A DNA stretch of 33,898 nt from a virus (taxonomy: Duplodnaviria > Caudoviricetes): positions 1-33,898 of IMG/VR virus record IMGVR_UViG_3300030100_000462. The stretch is one strand, 5' to 3'. A program made the position numbers and the translations under genes. Positions 26,523-33,898 of this stretch are shown here, piece after piece. The notes below the pieces were generated by a model that did not search any database, was not told the origin of the DNA, and saw only the letters and a program-made list of their open reading frames with translations. The first letter of the stretch is position 1, and each line of letters begins with the position of its first letter.

Positions 26523-26789
26523 ATGACAAAGAAAACAGATGATTTAAAAATCACGGATGAAGAATTAAAAATAATTCAAGAACAAGTACAAAAAATTAAT
26601 AACTTGCAAATGCAAGTTGGTGGCTTAGAAGTGCAAAAAACTGCCGCTCTAGGTATGATTAATCAAGTACAAGCAGAGCTGGCTAAGACTCAAGAAATGT
26701 TAGAGGAAAAATACGGTAAAGTTTCGGTTAATTTAACTGACGGCACCCTAAGAGAAATTGAAGAAAATGAGCCTGATAAGAAAGATTAG
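26523..26789 (+). CDS. Coiled-coil hypothetical protein
   Basis: Heptad-like Q/E/L region and a LEEKYGKVSVNLTDGT ending. Confidence 0.75.
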   Translation: MTKKTDDLKITDEELKIIQEQVQKINNLQMQVGGLEVQKTAALGMINQVQAELAKTQEMLEEKYGKVSVNLTDGTLREIEENEPDKKD

Positions 26790-26985
26790 TATTGGAAGAG
26801 ATTATAAAAATGATGCAATGCATTATGCTGTTGGTCAAGAGGTATATGGCGGACACACTATATGCGATATAGTTGAAAAAGAAAACAAATTTTCTATATT
26901 TATAAAAAAAGGAAACGATGTTTTGCCTTGGAAAGACTTTAATAAAAACATGGCAGTATCTGTTGAATATAATTTAGAATATTAA
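26767..26985 (+). CDS. Hypothetical protein (start 26767 or 26758)
   Basis: IRKISIGRDYKNDAMHYAVGQ...WKDFN; TAATG coupling to the next gene. Confidence 0.75.
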   Translation: MSLIRKISIGRDYKNDAMHYAVGQEVYGGHTICDIVEKENKFSIFIKKGNDVLPWKDFNKNMAVSVEYNLEY

Positions 26986-27572
26986 TGCAAAGTATATTTG
27001 ACTTTATAATTAAACCAAAAAATAAAAGATACGACAATATAAAACAAATCGGTGATAAAGAGCTGATATTAAATTCAGAAATATCTGATCACCGATATGT
27101 AAGTCGTGTTGGAATTGTATTAAGCATACCTAAATCTGAAAATACTGATATAAAAGTTGGGGATGAAGTTATAGTACATCATAATGTTTTTCGTAGATGG
27201 TATAACGTTAGGGGTATAGAGCAAAATAGCAGAAGTTATTGGGAAGATAATAAATATTTTGTAAAATCAGACCAAATATTTTTATATAAAAGAAATAATA
27301 AATGGTTTGTCCCTAAAGGGTATTGCTTCATCAAACCAATTAAATCAAATAATATATTATTAGAAAAAGAAATTCCATATAGAGGGATTATTAAATATGT
27401 TGATAAACAACTTAAAGATATTAAAAAGGAAGATTTAGTTGGGTTTACGCCAAGTAGTGAATATGAATTCATTATTGATGGCGAAAGATTATATAGAGTA
27501 TTAACTAATTCAATATCTATTAAGTATGAACGTCAAGGAAACGAAAAAGAATATAATCCAAGCTGGACATAA
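26985..27572 (+). CDS. Tandem GroES-like protein
   Basis: Two GroES-like halves: FIIKP...GIVLS...IKVGDEVIV and FIKPI...GIIKY...IKKEDLVGF...IDGERLYRV. Confidence 0.6.
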   Translation: MQSIFDFIIKPKNKRYDNIKQIGDKELILNSEISDHRYVSRVGIVLSIPKSENTDIKVGDEVIVHHNVFRRWYNVRGIEQNSRSYWEDNKYFVKSDQIFLYKRNNKWFVPKGYCFIKPIKSNNILLEKEIPYRGIIKYVDKQLKDIKKEDLVGFTPSSEYEFIIDGERLYRVLTNSISIKYERQGNEKEYNPSWT

Positions 27573-27798
27573 AGCTGTTAAAGAATTAATAAAAGTTGCT
27601 AAAGAGCCAATAGTAGAAACAGAAGATGACATTTCTGCTGATAGATTAAAAAATGCAGCTGCAACAAAAAAACTTGCAATATTTGATGCTTTTGAAATAC
27701 TTAATCGTATTGAAGAGGAAAAGGCATTATTAGATAATAAACCTTTAGAAAATACACAAGTAGCTTTTAAAGGGTTTGCAGAAAGAAGATCTAAGTAA
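27526..27798 (+). CDS. Probable terminase small subunit
   Basis: Small helical protein immediately upstream of, and coupled to, TerL; positional inference. Confidence 0.5.
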   Translation: MNVKETKKNIIQAGHKAVKELIKVAKEPIVETEDDISADRLKNAAATKKLAIFDAFEILNRIEEEKALLDNKPLENTQVAFKGFAERRSK

Positions 27799-30017
27799 TG
27801 TATAAACAATCATTATATAGCGTTATAGAGCCTATTAGAATTAATACTATTAAAAGGCTTAATAAAAGTAAAAAATGGAAATACGGCTATAATAAAGAGC
27901 ATGACGTTATTGTTATAAGCAAAACGGGAATGATAGGTGAAATATATGAAATACAAAACCTAAAAATAGCTTTACCAAAACAGCCTAAACAAGTATTTAA
28001 AGGTAATGATAAATGGGAGGCTCAAGAGTACCCAAAAGAATTACAAAAAGTAAAAACAATATTTGACTGGAGAGAGCTACCAGCAGATTTTAAAAATAAA
28101 TGGCATGCATATATTGATAATGAATTCACTAAAAGAGATGAAGGTTTTTGGTTTTATAACAAAGGCACTCCTACTTACATTAGTGGTACTCATTACATGT
28201 ACTTGCAGTGGACTAAGATTGACGTCGGGAAGCCAGAGTTTAGAGAAGCAAATAGATTATTCTTTATTTTCTGGGAAGCTTGTAAGGCAGATACACGATC
28301 CTATGGGATGTGTTACCTTAAGAACAGGCGATCTGGTTTTTCTTTCATGGCAAGCGGAGAGGTGGTTAACTTGGCAACCATATCTTCCGACTCTAGATAT
28401 GGTATATTATCTAAGTCCGGTGCCGATGCTAAGAAGATGTTCACCGATAAGGTGGTACCCATATCTGTCAATTACCCATTCTTTTTCAAACCCATCCAGG
28501 ACGGAATGGATCGTCCCAAAACCGAACTTGCCTACCGTGTCCCAGCCAGTAAGTTTACCAGAAGAAAGCTTACCACCAACGAAGCCATTGAGGATATACA
28601 GGGACTTGACACCACCATCGACTGGAAGAACACAGGTGATAACTCCTACGATGGGGAGAAGCTTGCCCTCCTCGTACATGATGAAGCCGGCAAATGGGAA
28701 CGCCCCGAGAACATCCTCAACAACTGGCGTGTTACGAAAACCACCTTACGACTAGGTAGTAGAGTAATAGGCAAATGTATGATGGGTTCAACTAGTAACT
28801 CAGCAGACAAAGGAGGGGAAAACTTTAAAAAATTATACCATGATTCAGATGTTACCAAAAGAAACCGCAATGGACAGACTCGCTCAGGATTATATAGTTT
28901 GTTCATTCCTATGGAATGGAATTACGAAGGATTCATTGATTCTTATGGATTACCTGTATTCGACACCCCAGATGCAATCGTTAAAGACCCCTATGGTGAT
29001 GAGATTACAACAGGAGTTATCGAACATTGGGAAAACGAAGTTGAAGGGTTAAAGCAAGATCAAGACGCTTTAAACGAATTTTATAGACAGTTTCCAAGAA
29101 CGGAAGAACACGCGTTTAGAGACGAAACAAAAAATAGTATATTTAATTTAGCAAAAATTTACGAACAAATTGATTACAATGATGAAGTTGCAAATCTGTC
29201 ACAGATTACCGTTGGCAGCTTTACGTGGCAAAATGGAATTAAAGACACAAAAGTCCAGTTTACGCCAAATCCTAACGGAAGGTTTAAAATCAGCTGGGTT
29301 CCGAATGTAGAACAACAAAATAATATTATAATTAAAAATGGTATTAAATACCCTGGCAATGAACATATGGGGGCTTTTGGCTGTGATAGTTATGATATAT
29401 CAGGAACAACAGATGGACAAGGATCAAAAGGGGCGCTACATGGTTTGACTAAATTTAGCATGGAAAATGCTCCTGCAAATCATTTCTTTTTAGAATATAT
29501 TGCTCGCCCACAAACTGCTGAAATGTTTTTTGAAGATGTGTTAATGGCATTAGTATTTTATGGCATGCCATTATTAGCAGAAAATAATAAACCTAGATTA
29601 TTATATTATTTAAAAAGAAGAGGCTATAGAGGATATTCAATGAATAGACCTGATAAAGCTAGAAATAAATTATCAATTACAGAAAAAGAAATAGGTGGTA
29701 TACCTAACTCAAGCGAAGACATAAGACAAGCTCACGCTGCTGCAATTGAAACATATATCAACGATTACGTTGGTATTATTAATGAAGGGCAATATGGTAC
29801 ATTGTATTTTAATACAACATTAAATGATTGGGCTAAGTTTGATATAAATAAAAGAACAAAATTTGATGCCGCTATTAGTTCTGGGCTTGCTATTATGGCA
29901 TGCAATAAGAATAAATACAAACCAAATGCTACAAGAGTTAAACCAAAACTTAATATTAATTTTTCAAAATACGAAAATAAAGGTACTATATCTAAAATAA
30001 TTAAAAATTATGGCTGA
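27798..30017 (+). CDS. terL: Terminase large subunit
   Basis: Walker A-like KNRRSGFS, Walker B LLVHDEAGKW, motif C GSTS, and nuclease motifs FGCDSYD, LAENN and FDAAIS. Confidence 0.92.
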   Translation: MYKQSLYSVIEPIRINTIKRLNKSKKWKYGYNKEHDVIVISKTGMIGEIYEIQNLKIALPKQPKQVFKGNDKWEAQEYPKELQKVKTIFDWRELPADFKNKWHAYIDNEFTKRDEGFWFYNKGTPTYISGTHYMYLQWTKIDVGKPEFREANRLFFIFWEACKADTRSYGMCYLKNRRSGFSFMASGEVVNLATISSDSRYGILSKSGADAKKMFTDKVVPISVNYPFFFKPIQDGMDRPKTELAYRVPASKFTRRKLTTNEAIEDIQGLDTTIDWKNTGDNSYDGEKLALLVHDEAGKWERPENILNNWRVTKTTLRLGSRVIGKCMMGSTSNSADKGGENFKKLYHDSDVTKRNRNGQTRSGLYSLFIPMEWNYEGFIDSYGLPVFDTPDAIVKDPYGDEITTGVIEHWENEVEGLKQDQDALNEFYRQFPRTEEHAFRDETKNSIFNLAKIYEQIDYNDEVANLSQITVGSFTWQNGIKDTKVQFTPNPNGRFKISWVPNVEQQNNIIIKNGIKYPGNEHMGAFGCDSYDISGTTDGQGSKGALHGLTKFSMENAPANHFFLEYIARPQTAEMFFEDVLMALVFYGMPLLAENNKPRLLYYLKRRGYRGYSMNRPDKARNKLSITEKEIGGIPNSSEDIRQAHAAAIETYINDYVGIINEGQYGTLYFNTTLNDWAKFDINKRTKFDAAISSGLAIMACNKNKYKPNATRVKPKLNINFSKYENKGTISKIIKNYG
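28138..28755 (+). CDS. Possible gene overprinted in the +1 frame of terL (205 aa; hydrophobic N-terminus, Pro/Ser/Thr-rich C-terminus)
   Basis: 230 stop-free codons coinciding with a local GC rise. Confidence 0.3.
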   Translation: MKVFGFITKALLLTLVVLITCTCSGLRLTSGSQSLEKQIDYSLFSGKLVRQIHDPMGCVTLRTGDLVFLSWQAERWLTWQPYLPTLDMVYYLSPVPMLRRCSPIRWYPYLSITHSFSNPSRTEWIVPKPNLPTVSQPVSLPEESLPPTKPLRIYRDLTPPSTGRTQVITPTMGRSLPSSYMMKPANGNAPRTSSTTGVLRKPPYD

Positions 30018-32430
30018 ATCAGTTATGCAAAATTACTTTCCAAGTCAAACGGCTAGCGATGACAAAAAGTTGTCTATGGAGTATGGCTTAGAAGTTGCTA
30101 AAGCTATAGAAAATGAATGGTTTAAAAGATCATCTGGTATAAACAGATATTTACATAATCAAAATAATTTTCATAAACTAAGGTTATACGCAAGAGGGGA
30201 ACAAAGTATACAAAAATATAAAGATGAATTATCTATTAACGGTGATATGTCTTATCTTAATTTAGATTGGAAGCCAGTTCCTATTATACCTAAGTTTGTA
30301 GATATAGTAGTTAATGGTATTGCAGAAAGAACATATGATATAAAAGCATATTCGCAGGACCCTTATGGTGTTCAAAAAAGAACATCATATATGCAATCAT
30401 TAATGGTTGATATGGAAACAATTCCTATTACTGAATTTATAAAAGAAAACTTTGGTATAGATTTATATAATACACCAAAAAATCAATTACCTGAAAATGA
30501 TGAAGAGTTACAACTTCATATGCAACTTAATTATAAACAAGCAATTGAAATTGCAGAAGAACAGGCAATTACAACCGTTTTTAATCAAAATAATTATGAG
30601 CTGACTAAGAAAAGATTTTATTATGATTTAGCTGTAATTGGTATGGGGTGTGTTAAAAATGTTTTTTCACAATCGGAAGGAATTAAAATAGAATATGTAG
30701 ACCCTGCTAATTTAATTTATTCGCATAGTGACTCTCCTTATTTTGATGATTTATATTATATAGGCGAAATGAAATCTGTTAATATAAATGATTTAAAGAA
30801 AGATTTTCCTAATTTAACTAATGAAGATATTGAAGAATTAACTAAAAACGGAAGCAATAGATATAATACTAATAGATATACTCAACAGTATGATAAAAAA
30901 GATAATAACTTTATAGAAGTTTTATATTTTAATTATAAATCATATATGAATGAAGTATATAAAGTAAAAGAAACTGCTAGCGGTGCAGAAAAAATTATTA
31001 AAAAATCAGATGCCTTTAATCCTCCAGCAGTTAAAGGTTTAAAATTTGAAAGAATTGCAAGAAATATAGAAGTTCTTTATGAAGGTGTATATATACCTGG
31101 AGCTAAAAAACTTTTAAAATGGAATCTTTGTGAAAATATGTTGCGCGAAAAAAGTGATGCTAATAAAGTTAAGTTAAATTATTCATTAGTTGCACCTAGA
31201 CTATATAATGGTAAAGTTGAATCATTAGTAAGTAGAATAACTGGATTTGCTGATATGATACAGTTAACGCATTTAAAAATTCAACAAATACTAGCAAGAA
31301 TGGTCCCTGACGGCGTTTATGTTGATGCAGATGGTTTAGCGGAAGTTGATTTAGGTAATGGAACAAATTATAATCCACAAGAGGCTTTAAACATGTTCTT
31401 CCAAACTGGTAGCATTATTGGTAGATCTTTTACTTCTGATGGGGACATGAATCCTGGTAAAGTGCCAATACAGGAAATAAGTAATTCAGCAGGTACTAAT
31501 AAATTAGCAGCATTAATAAGTACATATAACTATTATATGCAAATGATTAGAGATGCTACAGGTTTAAATGAGGCAAGAGACGCAAGCACCCCGGATAGAC
31601 ATGCTTTAGTTGGTATTCAAAAATTAGCGGCTGCAAATAGCAATACAGCTACAAGACACATATTACAAAGTGGTTTGTTTTTAACAGCTGAAACTGCAGA
31701 AAAAGTAGCATTAAGAATATCTGATGTATTAGAATATTCGCCAACTGCAAATGCTTTTATACAAAGCATAGGTGCACATAATGTTGCAACATTAGCAGAA
31801 TTAAAAGAATTACATTTACATGACTTTGGAATATTTATTGAACTAGAACCGGATGAAGAAGAAAAGCAAACATTAGAAAATAATATTCAAGTAGCAATAG
31901 GCCAAAATAATATTGAATTAGAAGATGCTATTGATATAAGAACAATTAAAAATGTTAAGCTTGCTAATCAATTATTAAAGTTAAGAAGAAAAAGAAAATT
32001 ACAAAGAGACCAAAAAGTAGCTCAACAAAATATACAGGTGCAAGCACAGGCAAATGCGCAGGCACAACAAGTTGCAGCCCAAGCTGAAGTTCAAAAACAA
32101 CAAGCATTAACTCAAAGTAAAATTCAATTAGAAAATGCTAAAAACCAAATGGAAATGAATAAATTAATGGCAGAAGCTAATTTGAAAAAAGAATTAATGA
32201 GATTAGAATTTGAAATGAACATGCAGCTACAGGGTGTGAAGGCAAATAAAGAATCTAAAAAAATTAAAGAAAAAGAAGATCGTAAAGATGAGAGAACTAA
32301 AATACAGGCTTCTCAACAAAGCGAACTTATTAACCAACGTAAAAATAATTTACCTCCTAAAAAATTTGAATCTGGTGGTAATGACATTTTAGGCGGTGGT
32401 TTTGGCTTAGGAACATTTGATCCTAAGTAA
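30010..32430 (+). CDS. Portal protein
   Basis: 806 aa after terL; PIIPKFVDIVVN, IRDATGLNEARD and a Q-rich coiled-coil C-terminus. Confidence 0.85.
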   Translation: MAESVMQNYFPSQTASDDKKLSMEYGLEVAKAIENEWFKRSSGINRYLHNQNNFHKLRLYARGEQSIQKYKDELSINGDMSYLNLDWKPVPIIPKFVDIVVNGIAERTYDIKAYSQDPYGVQKRTSYMQSLMVDMETIPITEFIKENFGIDLYNTPKNQLPENDEELQLHMQLNYKQAIEIAEEQAITTVFNQNNYELTKKRFYYDLAVIGMGCVKNVFSQSEGIKIEYVDPANLIYSHSDSPYFDDLYYIGEMKSVNINDLKKDFPNLTNEDIEELTKNGSNRYNTNRYTQQYDKKDNNFIEVLYFNYKSYMNEVYKVKETASGAEKIIKKSDAFNPPAVKGLKFERIARNIEVLYEGVYIPGAKKLLKWNLCENMLREKSDANKVKLNYSLVAPRLYNGKVESLVSRITGFADMIQLTHLKIQQILARMVPDGVYVDADGLAEVDLGNGTNYNPQEALNMFFQTGSIIGRSFTSDGDMNPGKVPIQEISNSAGTNKLAALISTYNYYMQMIRDATGLNEARDASTPDRHALVGIQKLAAANSNTATRHILQSGLFLTAETAEKVALRISDVLEYSPTANAFIQSIGAHNVATLAELKELHLHDFGIFIELEPDEEEKQTLENNIQVAIGQNNIELEDAIDIRTIKNVKLANQLLKLRRKRKLQRDQKVAQQNIQVQAQANAQAQQVAAQAEVQKQQALTQSKIQLENAKNQMEMNKLMAEANLKKELMRLEFEMNMQLQGVKANKESKKIKEKEDRKDERTKIQASQQSELINQRKNNLPPKKFESGGNDILGGGFGLGTFDPK

Positions 32431-32463
32431 TATATAAATTGTATAATCATATAATATTTTATT

Positions 32464-33714
32464 ATGGCAGAAAAAATTAAAGTAAAAGCCGTAAAGACTG
32501 AAGAAAAGTCTTTACAAGAAAAAGAACAAGAAGTACAAAAAAACGCCGGGTTTGATGAAGAGTCTGGTATGTACAAAGTAGATTTATCACAACCTCCAAA
32601 ACAAGAAGAAGATGCCGTTCAAGAACAAGAAACAGAAGATAGCGTGTCTAGCGGAAGCAGCGAGAATGAAGAAGTTGGGCAGGAAGCCGAAGTGGGATTG
32701 CAAGAAATACGAGAAGAAGAAGAAGAAGTAGTAGCTGAAGAAACAGAAGAAGAAGAAGCGGTATTAGAAGAAATTACAGATGAAGAAGATACAACTGACA
32801 ATACAGGAGTGGAAGGAAGCAATGAAGTTGCCGACACCACACCGCAACAAGAAGAAGTATTACCGGAAGTTGAAGCACAAGAATCAATAGATTATCCAGA
32901 AAATATTCAAGACTTAGTAAAGTTTATGAATGAAACTGGGGGTACATTAGAAGATTATGTTGCACTAAATAAAGATTACGAGAAATTTGAACAAATGGAT
33001 TTATTGCATGAGTATTATACTCAGACAAAACCCCATTTGTCAGTAGATGAAATTGCGTTTTTAATTGATGATAAATTTTCATATGACGAAGAAGTTGATG
33101 ACGCAAAAGATATTAAAAGAAAAAAATTAGCATTTAAAGAAGAAGTTGCAGAAGCAAAATATCATCTTGAAAATAAAAAAGCTAATTATTATAAAGAAAT
33201 TAAAGCTGGTAACAGATTAACTCCTGAAGCTAAAAAAGCATTGGACTTTTTTAATAGATATAATACGGAGACTGAACAGCAACAAAAAATAACACAATCT
33301 CAAAGAGATGTGTTTAACAATAAAACCAATTCGCTTTTTAACGATAAGTTCAAAGGTTTTGAATATAATGTCGGAGATAAGAGATTTAGGTTTAATGTGA
33401 AAAATGTAGATAAGGTTAGAGAGACCCAAAGCGACATCAATAACTTTACTAAGAGGTTCTTAGATAAAGAAAATAAGATGGCTGATGCTCCTGGTTATCA
33501 TAAAGCTTTATTTACCGCGATGAATTCTGACGCTATAGCTCAACATTTTTATGAGCAGGGCAAAGCAGATGCTATTAAAGAATCTGTTAAGTCTGCAAAA
33601 AATATCAACATGGACCCACGATCAGGGCATCAAGAGGTAGAAGTTGGTGGAATAAAAGCAAGAGTCTTAGGCGAAAATTCATCTGGAATTAAACTAAAAT
33701 TAAAAAACTATTAA
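32464..33714 (+). CDS. Capsid scaffolding protein
   Basis: Between portal and capsid; very acidic low-complexity N-terminus, then a helical region with FYEQGKADA. Confidence 0.75.
   Translation: MAEKIKVKAVKTEEKSLQEKEQEVQKNAGFDEESGMYKVDLSQPPKQEEDAVQEQETEDSVSSGSSENEEVGQEAEVGLQEIREEEEEVVAEETEEEEAVLEEITDEEDTTDNTGVEGSNEVADTTPQQEEVLPEVEAQESIDYPENIQDLVKFMNETGGTLEDYVALNKDYEKFEQMDLLHEYYTQTKPHLSVDEIAFLIDDKFSYDEEVDDAKDIKRKKLAFKEEVAEAKYHLENKKANYYKEIKAGNRLTPEAKKALDFFNRYNTETEQQQKITQSQRDVFNNKTNSLFNDKFKGFEYNVGDKRFRFNVKNVDKVRETQSDINNFTKRFLDKENKMADAPGYHKALFTAMNSDAIAQHFYEQGKADAIKESVKSAKNINMDPRSGHQEVEVGGIKARVLGENSSGIKLKLKNY
32612..32731 (+). CDS. Overprinted 39-aa basic peptide MPFKNKKQKIACLAEAARMKKLGRKPKWDCKKYEKKKKK
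   Basis: ATG to TAG in the +1 frame of the scaffold gene; MPFKxxxQ...C...WDC pattern; atypical codons in the host frame. Confidence 0.6.
   Translation: MPFKNKKQKIACLAEAARMKKLGRKPKWDCKKYEKKKKK
32780..32890 (+). CDS. Overprinted 36-aa basic peptide MKKIQLTIQEWKEAMKLPTPHRNKKKYYRKLKHKNQ (ArfA-like tail)
   Basis: ATG to TAG in the +1 frame of the scaffold gene; NKKxYxRKxKH. Confidence 0.6.
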   Translation: MKKIQLTIQEWKEAMKLPTPHRNKKKYYRKLKHKNQ

Positions 33715-33727
33715 AAACTTTTGAAAA

Positions 33728-33898
33728 ATGGCAAATGACAATTCTTTTGCTGGCCCATTGGCCGGCAGTATAGTTACGCCTGCAGCTCAAAAAATGACGC
33801 TACAGAGTAATTATTTAAATTTTCATGGTTCAGGTGGAGCAAACTGGTCACAGCAATATTTACCTGAATTATATGCTCAAGAAGTTGAAAGATATGGG
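33728..33898 (+). CDS. Major capsid protein, N-terminus (truncated by the window)
   Basis: MANDNSFAG...WSQQYLPELYAQEVERYG directly after the scaffold gene; open to the window end. Confidence 0.7.
   Translation, partial: MANDNSFAGPLAGSIVTPAAQKMTLQSNYLNFHGSGGANWSQQYLPELYAQEVERYG

Noticed and set aside
28407-28906. Antisense ORFs within terL
   Set aside because: Expected by-product of the GC-rich codon patch; no independent support.
1-33898. Stop-codon reassignment
   Set aside because: Long genes are intact under the standard bacterial code, all three stops terminate genes, and no suppressor tRNA is present.

Overview
AT-rich segment of a tailed dsDNA phage. The host is most plausibly a Bacteroidota/Flavobacteriia bacterium; this is inferred from GxVGIGTxxP fibres, a phage GroEL/GroES pair and AT-rich starts without Shine-Dalgarno motifs. 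There are two divergent arms. The minus-strand arm (1-9941) carries a primase-helicase, an SSB-like protein, a PD-(D/E)xK nuclease, an ERF annealase, a sigma70-type factor, an HTH protein, a DenV-like glycosylase, many small early genes and an initiator tRNA-Met. The plus-strand arm (10293-end) carries GroEL/GroES, a holin, three fibre/adhesin genes, a nucleotidyltransferase-like gene, a second GroES-like gene, terminase, portal, scaffold and the start of the major capsid gene. Main observations not explained by the ORF track: (1) a ~530-nt, densely helical non-coding RNA candidate directly upstream of the tRNA; (2) two short basic genes overprinted in the +1 frame of the acidic scaffold gene, one with an ArfA-like basic tail, plus a long +1 ORF over a GC-rich patch of the terminase gene; (3) a 6-copy bipartite promoter-like motif with an exact 9-nt spacer; (4) a ~45-bp quasi-palindromic site in three copies, one lying on the start codon of the HTH gene. 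All family calls come from motif recognition, not database searches.
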